Made by a program: the position numbers and the translations under genes. DNA of 64,000 nucleotides. It comes from Macrostomum lignano. Lineage: Eukaryota. Positions 24,101 to 39,828 of this stretch are shown here, piece by piece; the stretch's first letter is position 1; each line of letters begins with the position of its first letter. A model generated the notes under the pieces. The model was given only the letters and a program-made list of their open reading frames with translations. It did not search any database and had not been told where the DNA came from. The DNA lies in contig NIVC01003511.1 of NCBI GenBank assembly GCA_002269645.1, positions 1 through 64,000 of the forward strand, read 5' to 3'.

Positions 24101-25991
24101 ATCCACTGCTTCACTGACGGGTCCCAAATCAACTCTGCCTCTGGCTGTGGCTACTGCATCGTGTCTGGAGGGAGAACTGTCGCGACCTTCTCCCAGCACA
24201 CTGGCAACCTGCTGCACCGTCTTCCAGAACGAAGTTCTCGCCATCAGCTCCTGCGCCATGGAGCTGCACAATCAACGCATCTGGGGGAAACCACTTGAAT
24301 TTTCTGGGATATTGGCACTTAATTTATATTGGCTACCTGTAATTCCAAAGCTAGCAAAGCCGGAGGTGGCACTGTGAAACTCGATACCCTGGGATTTGCA
24401 TTCTCTCAGTTCTGAAGCTCTGAAAACTCACTGGGAGTTCAGAAAATCGGTGAAGCATTTTGAAGTCCAGCTGGCCTGTCATTCTGTTGCGTGAGAACTG
24501 AAGCAGCTGCCGCAATGGGAGGGCAATGGGACTTGCGGTTTGGGTTTCGAATCTGATGGCTGATCTCAGAGCTGCAGGTGTTTCATTTGGGAAGAGATTT
24601 TCCCTTGAAATGGTTTTTCCTCTCGGGGCTTTGGTATCTGATATTTTGGGGCAGTCATCAGCTGCCTCCCTCATTCGCTCCCATAGCTCTGCGGCTCTGC
24701 ATCCCCGGCCTACCTCATCGACTGCTTATGAGCAGTGCGATTACGAGTTCCGAGCTCAGGACTGCGTCAGGCCATCTGGACCGATTTCTGCGTCTGAGGA
24801 GGGACTGCCTGAGACTCAGTGAGTCCGTGCCTAAAATAACAATTTTTTAAGCAGAAGGGTGGTGGTTATTCAGAAGGCTGACTCAAAAGTACTCTGGAAG
24901 CAACAAAACGTGTCGAGTTCCCTTAATTACATCCTGTTTTCAGAGCAGAGAGGCAGCTGGACCCCAGCTTCACCGACTGGGACTTCATCCTGCATGGCAA
25001 AAAGAAGCAGCTCATCGGCCGTGGTGGATTTGGAAAGGTGTACAAGGCCGTCACAGACCGCAACCAGACGGTGGCTGTCAAGGTGCTGCCTCTGAGGGAC
25101 ACCGGCCAATCGGGGAAGCTGCAGAAAGCCGTCGAGATGGAGAAGCGGGGAGTTGAGATCCTCAAGCGACTCTCGCATCCCAACATTCTGAAGCTCCTCA
25201 AGTGTGAGCTGAAGTCGGATGGGCTGTACATCTTCACCGAGCTGGTCTCGGGTCACAGCCTCTTTGAGCTGATGCAGCGTCAGCACAAGCCGTTCAAGGA
25301 GTCTGAAGTCAGGGACTTCTCCAGACAGGTGCGTCTCTGGGCTCTCTGGGAGTTGTGGAATCGGGGATCAGTGTGGGATCAGTTTGAGATCAGAGTGGGA
25401 TTAGAGTGGCATCAAGAATGGATACATGCATTTTTCGACAGGCTAAAGCTGCTCCACCTGCAGATCTGCTCAGGCCTGAACTTCCTGCACTGCCAGCCGG
25501 AGGGCGCCATCTTACACCGCGACATCAAGAGCGGAAATATAATGCTCACCGACGAAGGCGTCATCAAGCTGATCGACTTCGGTCTCGCCAAGGAGATCGT
25601 CGGCACCTGCGGCCTGAGCACAGGCATCGATCCCAAAGGCACCTCCTACTTCCTGGCGCCCGAGCTGTTCATGGGCGAGGGCGACTCGATTCCGTACTCA
25701 GCCAAGACCGACGTGTGGGCCTTCGGCTGCACTGTGTATGAGCTGACGACCATGCAGCCTCCTGACGGCAACGAGCCGCAGTTCAGGATCGGCGTGCTGA
25801 GGTCCGGAGGGCGGGCGATGCCTCGGATTGTGGACGGGTTCTCAGCCGGCCTGAAGGACTTCTACATCAGGTGCGTAGACTATGACCCGAGGAAGCGAGC
25901 GGACACCGCGGAGCTGCTGGGGCACAGCTTCCTGAGAGTCTCATCGCGACTGCGAGAGCGACGGGCTGTGAGAGAGCGGAACGAATCTTGA
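21139..25991 (+). CDS. Ankyrin-repeat protein kinase, paralog A: join(21139-22286, 22979-23413, 24687-24818, 24944-25328, 25464-25991), 875 aa
   Basis: ~9 ankyrin repeats (GDTAVHLAA / RTAFHFAA); all introns GT-AG and phase-compatible (2,2,2,0); kinase motifs IGRGGFGKV, VAVK, HRDIKSGN, DFG, APE (STE/MAP3K-like). Confidence 0.88.
22979..23345 (+). repeat. 75-bp coding repeat (25 aa, AAAPSPASSAAPEQGAHGVRAPDCN), ~5 copies, in exon 2 of paralog A
   Basis: Period 75 (22981 vs 23056); in frame in the gene model. Confidence 0.9.
23471..24289 (-). mobile_element. Truncated, partly inverted copy of the 27130-29600 non-LTR element in intron 2 of paralog A
   Basis: 23471-23807 is the reverse complement of 29273-29600 (3' end and AGTA tail); 23963-24289 is co-directional with 28459-28783 (RNase H start). 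Confidence 0.88.
24290..24860 (+). repeat. Internal duplication of intron 1 end + exon 2 + intron start (paralogous to ~22575-23470)
   Basis: Near-identical ggcacttaatttatattggctacctg...gccgcaatggga blocks at ~22604 and ~24313; exons 2 and 3 share their ends. Confidence 0.88.
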
Positions 25992-26419
25992 AGCGGTCTT
26001 TTTCGCTTGCTGACACCGAAAGTTGCCTGTTAATTATTGAATTAGATAATTAATTTGATAATTAGTTGTCCCTTTTTCTTTATCTAATGCCCTTGCTTAT
26101 CTGATTGCTCTTTTTGTTTATCTAATTTTTGTATCCCTGAATTCCTAGCCTACGGGGTCTGTAGCGGACACAGGGTACACTACTAGTACACTCGCACGGG
26201 TCGCCAAGGAGTGCTTACAATTTCCCAGCGTCTAAAGCGTCGGGACGCACCCATGATACCTTCCCACGCGTCGGGAAGCGGTGGTCGGAACGCTCTGGCT
26301 CGCGTACAGATGACGCAATCCAGTATCGATATGTCTAACTTAGGACGGCGTCAGGTCACTCGGACTATCAATTTCTTCTGCCAACCGAATGACGGAATTA
26401 CTTGGTTAGCTGTAGAGGC

Positions 26420-26870
26420 TGACGTGAACTGAGGGTTTATTTGCTTCACAAACCGTAGCGGATCTGGAAGTAAGGGACTGTCTTGTGCGCAGAGCGGGGA
26501 GGCAGGGAGAGAGAAGCGATCGAGAGAGGCACATCAAGAGGGAGCCGCTAAAGCCACTGCCTACGGAGGGGGAAGGCCACAAACCCTCCAACCTAGCTCC
26601 CCACCAGCGACCCAGCCGAATGGTCGCCCAGACCAGCCCATCACAGACACGATAACAACAAAGGGCAAAACTGGCCGCAGCCAATCAGCAACGCGGCAAA
26701 CACAAAACACCAAGCCAGTGCCGCGTAATACGGTTGGGGGTCTACGAGCGTACTTAAAAAAGCCGCCGCCAGCCGCACCCCAACCCCAAGCCACCACCCA
26801 AAAGCAGCTACAAAACAAGTAAGCAGCAATAAAGAAAAGTGGTTTAAGCCAGCTGTCTCAGACACACACA
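26420..26870 (+). repeat. Duplicated 3' flank shared with 38000-38455 (part of the ankyrin-kinase duplication unit)
   Basis: Colinear similarity, e.g. aagggcaaaactggccgcagccaatcagcaa in both. Confidence 0.85.
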
Positions 26871-27129
26871 AGGGGTTGACTCGCGTAAACAGCGAAAAAA
26901 TGGGACGCTTGGTAGGCTCAGACAGTTTGGAGGACGGGTGCACTCGTACTGTCAAAAGTGCTAACAAAGTTTTTATAAAAGCTGTTATAATGGAAACAGC
27001 TGACAAGAATCAGGGCCATATGATCGATTCCTGTGCTGAAATTAACATGCTTGAAAGGTGTAGGAGAGCCATCAGGTAGACTTTTTTTGAAAATTTTCCT
27101 TTGCAAAAACACTTAAAACTACGATAAAC

Positions 27130-30150
<3,021 letters not shown>

Positions 30151-30189
30151 CAAATACAAGATGGGGTCGCTGGTTAGACAGAATTCTGG

Positions 30190-32260
30190 CCCGCACTATA
30201 GCTGGGACATCGGGAGTTTATGGTGAAAATCCAGAAACAGGTACGAGGCTCCCCTGCTCTGCGCGGTCACATGCTTCAACACTGAGTGCAGAAAGCCGGG
30301 TTGATCTGTAAAACACTGGCTGCTTAGTGCTGCAATCTGCAGCTGGTCTCTGCTTTTCCATTGAACAAAAAATTTCTGAGCCAGCATTACCAAGAAGCAC
30401 CGGCAAGTGATGTGCGATTCCAATGAAAAAATTCGCATTAAAGCAGAATTTGAAGTTTCGTCTATTAAGTCATCACCAGTTCACCAGGCCATTGGGTCTC
30501 AGCTACACGTCTCGATGTTTGGGAAATCCCTGGTGGAGATGCACATCTATGGCTGCTCAACTCTGTTTTAACAGAAACACGGGCACTGGAAAACATTGCT
30601 GAGGAGAGCGGCCCGCATACTCATTCCATCGGGATTCCCCGTGGCTCTCTTTGAGCTCTTCAGCTGCAGAGTCCGGCTCCAGGAAGTCTGCAGGGTAAAG
30701 CTTTAGTTGCTGGGCATCAGATGAGCTCCTTAGCGCTTTGAAGTGCGCGTGGTAGGGATAGAGCAGGTCTCCGCCAGACACCACTCGCTGGTTAATGTTC
30801 ACAATTACATCTGAGAAGGCTGTAGACAGAACAAAATTTTCTGGGTGCACATCAGTGTCTCTGCGATCAGTGATGATAACATCTCTGTCTCGAACATTCT
30901 CCCTTATCAACTCCATCCAGTCTCACAAGGCGGCAGTGAATATAAAGAAAAGAATTAAGTGAATCTGTGTATTCAGCAGCAGATTTGTGGCAGTCAAATT
31001 GAATGGGTGAGTTTGGAGTAATGTAATTAACTGGGTAAATGTCAAAATAAGTAGCCTTTTAATGCAGGTTTGCATAATGGGAGTCTTAAGTAAATCAAGT
31101 CGAGGATTGAATCCGTAAGCCGCGTCTGTGACAGAGTAGTGCACTCGTAGCCTTGGTCGGCTTTCTTCCATTGCACCTCTTATACCTCTTCTCCACCACT
31201 CGCCCTTTAAGTGCGCTTTTTCCTCCTCAAACGTTTCAGATTTGGTTCAATATTTCTTTTGCGCTTGACATTGCTACGAGTTGAGGGTGCGGATGATGTA
31301 GTGGAGGCCGGTATGTCCTGATCCCTGGAAAGCTCCCACAGCCATAGAGTGCATGCTTTTAGTGTCCTATTCTTACCCTCCAATATATTGCTGAATCAGC
31401 TGCTGTTCTTTCGTTGCAATAGGTTCACCGGAATCTGGACAGAGCATAACAGAGCTGTGTGTCTGTGCAAACTCTATTGCAATCACACAGCTCGTACGGT
31501 CGCTGTGAGTCCGACGCCGCCTGCAGTTCGTGCTTGTGAAATAACCCTTGGATCTTTTCTCCTTTCGTGTCTGGTATCCTGTACGTGTAAGGATAGCGTT
31601 TCGGAGCTATTTTTGCAACTACAGTGTACTCGTACACCTTCTCGCTCTAGTTTGCTTTGTGAATTTCAATACATTTACTTTTCTGAATAGTCCGGGTCCG
31701 GTGAAAAGTGTCACTTTGGTTTCCTGACTTTATCCAACACTGGTTTCTAGTGCCTTGCGGTCAACACAGGTTCATCTGCACTTCCGGCTCGTTTTGCTTG
31801 CAAAAATTTCTTGTAAAAAGCAGCATATTGTACTACTTCAGTAACTTTGACAGCGCATCAACCCACTTTTATTCTTTAAAGTTTTGCCCCATCGTTTCCA
31901 ATCGATGATTTCAGCTTGCTGCTTGTTTTAAACGCTAGAATTCCATTTTACGCTCGTATGTGCAAGCTCTGACGAAAGCTCGAATTGACAATTTTTTCCC
32001 CTGGTCTGAGCGAACTGTTCGCTTTAATTGTGCTCTTCGAAATTGTCTCGAGAGCAGACCTCACATCTGCTGCTGATTTAGTCGTTAGCGGCTTGGTCCA
32101 GGCAATTATTTTGACAGCACTTCGATGCATGTGAGGATATACTTGTATCCCTGATTGTACTTTGCGAATGGAATTATTTCTACCAGATACAGTTCTTTTA
32201 AGGTCCTCTTGTCTCCCGCTGTTTCGTTCTAATCCTCCGACTTTGTCTGACTTTAAAGTA
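30190..32260 (-). mobile_element. Degraded Polinton/Maverick remnant: integrase fragments and major-capsid-like fragment
   Basis: AWTKPLTTKSAADVRSALETI, WVDALSKLL..YN, YPYTYRIPDTKGEKIQGLFHKHELQ (Polinton integrase); STAFSDVIVNINQRVVSGGDLLYPYHAHFKAL resembles the Polinton capsid SLF..V.V.LN...YPY.AY..TL motif. Confidence 0.7.
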
Positions 32261-35072
32261 CGAGTACTTCAAGTACAATATTTGTAAGACTGCTACACAG
32301 AGCCTAAACTTTTCGTCCCCTGCTGCTGGAGGGGGAGGGTTCCTTTGTGGTTAGCAACGCCCGGGCTCAAAAACAAACACATTCAAACGGTTTTACAATA
32401 AATTAGTACGTTGCTATGGGGCGAGATAATTTTTTATTATCAGTAATTATTTTGTCTAGGTTAAGTTAGAGCGATTAGGGACAGTCAGACTGAAGTCTTG
32501 TGCGCGCATCAGACCGCCGGTCCAGTCCAGCCCCTTGGTTGCTATGCTCCTCGGGGTTGCTCATCGGCGTTGGGGTGGCTGCTGCTTCTTCCTCTCCAGT
32601 CGGCCAATTTTCACACTTACCAGAACTGACTTCGCTTATCTCACCTGTTTTGCCTGGCACCGCACCGACTGGCCTGGTATCTGGAATGGAGGGTGGCTGT
32701 TCTATTCTTATCATGCTCATGGTCCCCGCTACTTACCTCTAATCGTCCGATTCAGACGCCTTATCTTTCACTTCTACCTTTTGCACTTCTAAGCTAAGCT
32801 CGCCTTGCTCGGCGCTGTTTTACTTTAACTTCTTTGTGCAACTTATTCTCTGCTAATTTCTAATTCCTATGGTTCTCACTGATCATTTATAGCTCGAACA
32901 ACAATGAGTACTCAGGGATAATTTCTGTTTGTAAATAAAGTTCAATATCAACATTAAGTTTTAGTTATTTATTTGAGTTGCCGATGGATTTCGTCCAACA
33001 ATTGGACATCTTCAGGGTCGAAATTTATTTGAACCAAATTATTGAACACAAACAGTATATATAGTGAGTGGAGAGAAGTATTATTGGTAACCGAAATGCA
33101 TTCTTCCCCTACCAATGCTTCTACTTTCGATTAATATGTACAAGTTTTTAAACCATCAAAATTACATGTACTCGTACTTTCATACTTCTCCCCACTCACT
33201 ATATATACTGTTTGGGTTCAATAATCTACTTTTTCTACTTTTATTCAATTCAATTTATCTACTTTTCATTAAGCGAGCCACTTTGCCTAATTTCTGTTTA
33301 ATGTTCGATAATCCAACTCTTATGTGATTTTTATCCGACTTTAATGCCTTGTTTTCGAGCCCACATCGAGCCCTCATTTAGAAGTCCGTTGCAACCAGAA
33401 AAATTGCTGCTTGGGCTGCTCGGGGTGAAAGGTGATATCTTTTCCACCCACTTAAAATTCAAGTAAGACAAGACAGATTTCTTTCTTAAATGCTTCAAAG
33501 ACTGCGACAGATGACCTTTAATAGAAGAGCAGTGTATTTTAGTAACATATTGTGTAGTATCATGAAAATTGATATAAGAACGAATTAAGGCGAGCATACA
33601 CACACACGTACACACGAAGAGAATTTCTGTAGTAGAATACTTCGAAATAGTTGCTGTCATTCAGAAAGAACTTCACTCATCCTCATTGTCTTAGTTCGGC
33701 ATCCATATTGGCCTCTTGACCGCATTCTTCCTGGACGTTGCTTTCGTTTCCTGACGTTGTTTGTTGCAGCCGCACGAGTCCAAAATCGGTACCACACCGG
33801 AGCTTCTTGCAAGTCCGTGTCCTCTGGCAGGGATGTTCCCAGCATCGGCTGAGGGCATCTGAGGGCGTTGAAGTCACCGGCTGGTTAACGATCGTCAGCT
33901 CTGTTGGTTAGCGGGCATCCTCTCTGCTCTCATTCAGTTCAGTCTTGACTGGTAGCTTCACGGTGTCAAAATCATCTTCATCAGTGTCAGATGAGCTCAG
34001 CTCGTACTTCATTACTTAACTTGTCATCCAGCTGGAAGCTTCCCACGTTTTTGCCTCATGAGCGAAGGCAGGGGCAGGGTGCATGAGTTTCACGAACTCC
34101 TCACAACAGTCCTCTGACAGTCGCTTAAACCAAATTATTCTTTGTCTGACTTCGACGAACTTGTCGAAGCCTAACTTCACCACCTTAGTTTCCCTGCTTA
34201 GAGCGGCCTCACGAGGGAGCGGTTTACCTCTTTCAGTTTCGCCTACTGACGCATATTGAGGTTGAAGCTGGGAACTAAAGGCTTGAGGCTGATGACGCTG
34301 CCTTATTGCTTCATTATTGCAAAAAAATTCTGTCTTTAGAATTTTGGCTACCCTAACGTACGTGCCTCACAGAATCGTCTTTCGCAGATTCGCAAATACT
34401 TTTTTCAAAGCTGCTCCCTTTGCGCTAGTATATCTATGGCGGAGTGGGGTGAGTGCCGGAGGGAGGATGCTGGGAAAAAGGCTTGGTTGGTTACATTGGT
34501 ACGTCTCACTCCAAATGCATAGCACTTCACACTCTGCAGGCATAATGCTAGGCTGGGTTTTCAAATAGCTCGTTAAGCAGGTATATTTATAGCTACTGAG
34601 GCTTCCATATGAATAGGTTTTTATTTGCTGTCTAAATTAAACGAGTCAAATTTTCAACATTAAAACAGTACGTGCAGTGACAGAGACTAACGTCTACAAA
34701 ACTATACGAGTACACCTCTTGTTTATAACTCGATTACGCTTATCATATTTATAACTCCGGTTAGCGCAGAGTTGTGCAGCTCCACAACGACACTGCCCTA
34801 ATCTTTAACATTGCCGCCTATCTCCCTAGGGAAAGTGCGTCAGCGTTCAACTAACCCACACTACTATCCGCCTCAGTCCATTTAAACAAATTTCTCTGCA
34901 CAGAGAGAGCTCAGAGATTTCAGTCCGTGACAGCGGGACTTTTGCTGCTGCTGCTGAGCTGGCAGGCAAATTCGCTTGAAGAAGAGCAAAGCACTCAGTT
35001 TGAAGCCGTGTGGAACAGCTGCGGCAGACAGCAGATCGGCAGAGAAGTGCTGCTAGGAGAAGCAGTGTAGCC

Positions 35073-37677
35073 ATGGCAACAGAGATGGAGCAGAAGCTGA
35101 GACAGGCGCTGGAGTCTGGAGACAGCGAGGAGCTGCAGCGACTGTGCGGTGAGGTCGGCAGCAACATCGAGCTGAAGGTGGGCGGGTTCGACAAGCAAGA
35201 ATATCCCTTTAGGCAGCGTCGCCGAATGCCGCTGGCCCATCACTTGGCCTGCAAGCCGGTGAGTTCGTCCTGCCTGGAGCTGCTGATTGACAGATTCGGA
35301 CCCGGCTGTCTGACATATATAAATGACAGTGATCAGACTCCAGTGCACTTGGCAGCCCAGCATCAGGACGAGTCTTGGATGAAGCTGGTTAAAGAGAAAG
35401 GAGGCAGAGGCTGTCTTAGAAATGTTGATCAGTGGGGGCAGACAGTCGCTCACTTTGCCGCTATGAACAGAAAAAGCAGTTCTTGTCTAAAGTGGCTGGT
35501 GAAGGAGCTCAGCGGCGACTATCTTACAGCTCCTGATAAAGACGGTGACACGGCCGTTCATTTGGCCGCTAGGCATAAGGGCATCGAGTCGCTGGAGTGG
35601 ATCAAGAGACAGATCGGAACTGACTGCTTCCGGCTGAAGGGGTGGTTGGATAGAACAGCATTACACTTTGCTGCTCAGAAGTCTGACAATTCAAACCTGA
35701 AGTGGCTGGTGAAGGAGCTCGGCAGCGACTGTCTCACAGTTCCTGATGAATACGGGAGCACGGCCATCCATTTGGCCGCTCTGTATCAAGGCATCGAGTC
35801 GCTGGAGTGGATCAAGAGACAGATCGGAACTGACTGCTTTCGGCTGAAGGGATTTTGGGATAGAACAGCATTTCACAGTGCTGCCTGGAAGTCTGACAAT
35901 TCAAATCTGAAGTGGCTGGTGAAGGAACTCGGCAGCGAGTGTCTCACAGTTCCTGACAAAGAAGGTGACACGGCCGTCCATTTGGCCGCTCAGCGGCAGC
36001 CAGTCGACTCTCTTCAGTTCATTTTTGATCAAATCGGAGCCGAAACGTTCAGCTTAAAGAACAACAAGGGCAAAACACCGGCTAATATTGTTGAAAGTGA
36101 TCGGTGCCGAACAGACCAGTCAGCAAAGCGGGCCTTGATTCCCTCTACGCAGCGGCGGCTCGAAGCCTCTCGGCCTCCCGCTGGCAGTTCAGCGCCGACT
36201 GCCGCCTCAGCTGGGTGAGTCCTGACTGAGAACTGCAGCCTGACACTGAAAATACTAAAAATATTTTTGGTGAGAATTAATTGCGCTTTGATGATCGGCG
36301 CCCTGAAATTCTCATCAGAGCCACAGTAAAGTGAGGGCGTCACGAATTTGTCAGGGCAGCTCCTCATGGCGCTTCAACCTCCTGATGGAAGATATTCGCC
36401 TCATTCGCTTCCCACAGCGCTGCAGCTCCGCGTCCCCGCCCCCGAGCGCGCGAGCGGGTCAAGCCGTCTGGGCCGTCCGAGGGGGGACTTTCTGAGGAGA
36501 CTGGGTGAGTCCACGCGGGGAGACACGGAAGGTTGGTGACACAAAGGCTGAGTGACTCCAAAGTACCAGTACTTAGGAAGCCCTAATCAACACAAAATTC
36601 ATCGGATTCCTTCACCTCAATGTTTTCAGCGCCAAGAAGCAGCTGGACCCCAGCTTCACCGACTGGGACTTCATCCTGCAGGACAGCAAGAAGCAGCTCA
36701 TCGGCCGTGGTGCATTCGGTGAGGTGTACAAGGCCCTTACAGATCGTATCCAGACGGTGGCTGTCAAGGTGCTGCCCCTGAGCGGCACCGGAGAATCGGG
36801 GAAGTTGCAGAAAGCCGTCGAGATGGAGAAGCGGGGAGTTGAGATTCTCAAGCGACTCTCACATCCCAACATTGTGCAGTTCCTCAAGTGCGAGCAGAAG
36901 TCGGATGGGCTGTACATCTTCACCGAGCTGGTCTCGGGTCACAGCCTCTTTGAGCTGATGAAGCGTCAGAACAAGCCGTTCCAGGAGTCCTGGGTCAGGG
37001 ACTTCTCCAGACAGGTGCGTCTCTGGGCTCTCTGGCATTGCCTGGCATGTGTGGAATCAGGTGGGATCAGTGTGGGATCAGTTTGCGATCAGTGTGTGCG
37101 ATCAGTGTAGGATCAGTGTGGGATCAGTGTGGGTGAGATCCAGAATGGATAGATGCATTCTCATGACTGCTCAAAACTGCTACACCTGCAGATCTGCTCA
37201 GGCCTGAACTTCCTGCACTGCCAGCCGGAGGGCGCTATCTTGCACCGAGACATCAAAAGCGGAAATATAATGCTCACCAACGAGGGAGTCATCAAGCTGA
37301 TCGACTTCGGTCTGGCCAGGGAGATATTCACCACCTGCGGCTTGAGCGCAGGCAACCCGCCAAAAGGCACCTGGCACTTCATGGCGCCCGAGCTGTTCAT
37401 GGGCGAGGGTGACTCGATTCCGTACTCAGCCAAGACCGACGTGTGGGCCTTCGGCTGCACCGTGTATGAGCTGACGGCCATGCAGCCTCCTGACGCGAAC
37501 GTTCAGAAGTTCAGGATCGCCGTTCTGAGGTGCGGAGGGCGGGCGATGCCTCGGATTGCGGATGGGTTCTCAGCCGGCCTGAAGGACTTCTACCTCAGGT
37601 GCGTAGACTATGACCCGAGGGAGCGAGCGGACACTGCGGAGCTGCTGCGGCACAGCTTCCTGAGTGCCTCATCGTGA
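35073..37677 (+). CDS. Ankyrin-repeat protein kinase, paralog B: join(35073-36214, 36418-36504, 36630-37014, 37192-37677), 699 aa
   Basis: ~9 ankyrin repeats; phase-compatible GT-AG introns; IGRGAFGEV, VAVK, HRDIKSGN, DFG, APE; total length 2100 nt. Confidence 0.9.
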
Positions 37678-39828
37678 CTGCGAGAGCGATGGGCTGTGAG
37701 GGAGCGGAGCGACTTTCGGTCGGTCTGTCGGTTTTGCTTGCTGACACAGAATGTTGTCTGTTAATCATTGAGTTTGATAGTTTATTTGATTATTAGTGGC
37801 TCTTTTTCTTTATCTAATTGCAATTTTTTACCCGATTGCCCTTTGGCCTTTTGTTATCTAATTTTTGCATCCCTGGGCTTCGAGGTCTGTAGCGAGCACA
37901 GGGTACACATTAGTATACAGTCCCTTGCTTGCATGCGTCACGACACACTTACATAGTTAGCGCCTTAGCGGTAGAGGCTGACGCCCAGCCAGTGTCAACT
38001 TTTGGCCTTGCTGATTGTTTAGTTGCTTCACAAGTAATCTGGCAGTAAGGAACTGTCTTGTGCGCAGAGCGGGAAAGGAGGGACAGAGAAGCGAGAAAGG
38101 CACTTCCCCAAGACACGGAGGGAGCCGCTATAGCCACTGCCTGGAGAGTGGGAAAGGCCACAAACCCTCTAACCTAGCACCCCAACACCGACCCAGCCGA
38201 ACGGCCGCCCAGCCCAGACCACCACAGACACAATAACAACAAAGGGCAAAACTGGCCGCAGCCAATCAGCAATGCGCTAATCACAAAGCACCCATCCAGT
38301 GCCGCACAATACTAGGGGGGGACCACTACGAGCATACTTACAAAGCCTGAGCGGCCGCCAACCGCACCCCAGCAAACAATCCCCAAGCAGCCCAAAAAAG
38401 GTAAACAGTAATAAAGAGAAGCGGTTTAAGCCAGCTGTCTGAGGCAGACACAAGGGTGGAGGCACGGGCGCCCAGCTGCCTCTACGGGAGCTGACTCCAA
38501 GCATGGTTCATGTGATCTACCAAGTTTTTCAAGTTAAGTGATTTGAAAATGATTGTAAGAGAGTTGAGAAAAATTCGGTACTGAATTCCGTCTCAACTTT
38601 TATTTTTGTTGTTTTGAAATGACACACTTTACGATACCAAGATCACTATGTATAACATAAATTGCATGACGATAAGTGCCCTGCTCGAAGGCATGGAAAT
38701 GAAAGTAAGAGAGAAAACTCGAACAAAATAGAATGGCAATTGGTTAGGATAAAGTTAGTGTCAGATAACTTATAAAGCTGGGCAGTAAGTAGAATAAAAT
38801 TTATATCAAAATTCTAAAAAAAGCAAGCACATATTGTAAGACAGTAGATACTCAAATAGATATTGTGAAAGGGGAATTCCAAAATGGAGGCCTAGAAATA
38901 CCTAAAAGTGGCACTAAGCAGAATTTTTGTTCTGCTCCTTCTTGAATCAAGTGTGTATATAATAATGATAGATTTTGTGACGAAAAATTCATTTTTTCCT
39001 ATCTCCGCATTGTATATTTTTCGAAAATCGGCCTCCAAAAAGTACTCAATATTTGACTTTTACAACCTGTTGCACTACAGTGGTCCGTGCATAGTTACCA
39101 AACGTTAGGCTCTGATTTTGGTCCCGGCCAAGCCCCTTTGACTTCCCAAATCGTTGGTTTGCTCCATATAGTGAAGAGCCTCTGAAGTCTGAAGACGACT
39201 GCCGATTAGCCTAACTTGAAATTCCATCAGTTTCAGCTGCTCATATAGCTACTCGTAGGTCTGCTAATAATCATCGTGCGAATTCAGTTTGCAGCACTGA
39301 TCTTTGTATACCTCTAGCCATCTGTTTAGCATTGTGGTTGACTTTCGTAGAGTACAGTTTCGGTCGCAGCAGAATCCATTCCTTTGTGCCAACCAGCGGG
39401 TGCATCCTCCATGCAACCTCAATATTGAGCCTTCAGGTCATCCCACTTTAGTGGATGTTAAGCTGGGTAGTTGGACGTCTCTAGCAGATGTTGTTCGACT
39501 AGTTTAGCTGCAAGATGTAACCGTGAAAATCAAGTCTCTTAAAACTCAGAAAGAAAGAGTCTGCCTCTCCCTTCTACTAAAAACTGCTTCGAAGTAACGT
39601 AACTAGCTAAAAAAAAATCTGTCACAACCTAATTGTACGAGCGGAACACTACTTTCGAAAACTGCAACTTTATATTTGATAAATACAAAGTCGTAAATGA
39701 GCAAACGACATATTTTTCACTGAGATGTTATTACGAATATATTTAAAGCAGAATCTCAGCTTTCTGGGATAGAATGCAGGTGAAAATCGGTAATAAAAAC
39801 AAAGGAAGAAACTTTGATTGGAGGCGTG

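Noticed and set aside
25329-25463. 45-aa insertion inside kinase A suggested by the ORF track
   Set aside because: Bounded by canonical GT/AG at the same position as the B and C introns, which differ in length and do not stay open; best read as a stop-free intron
21139-25991. Assigning ANKK1, ILK, RIPK4 or RNASEL gene symbols
   Set aside because: Domain order, intact HRD/DFG or lack of an RNase domain do not fit; orthology not supportable by eye
38760-38930. L1/Tx1-type RT C-terminal remnant (GEFQNGGLEIP)
   Set aside because: Single short motif in heavily degraded sequence
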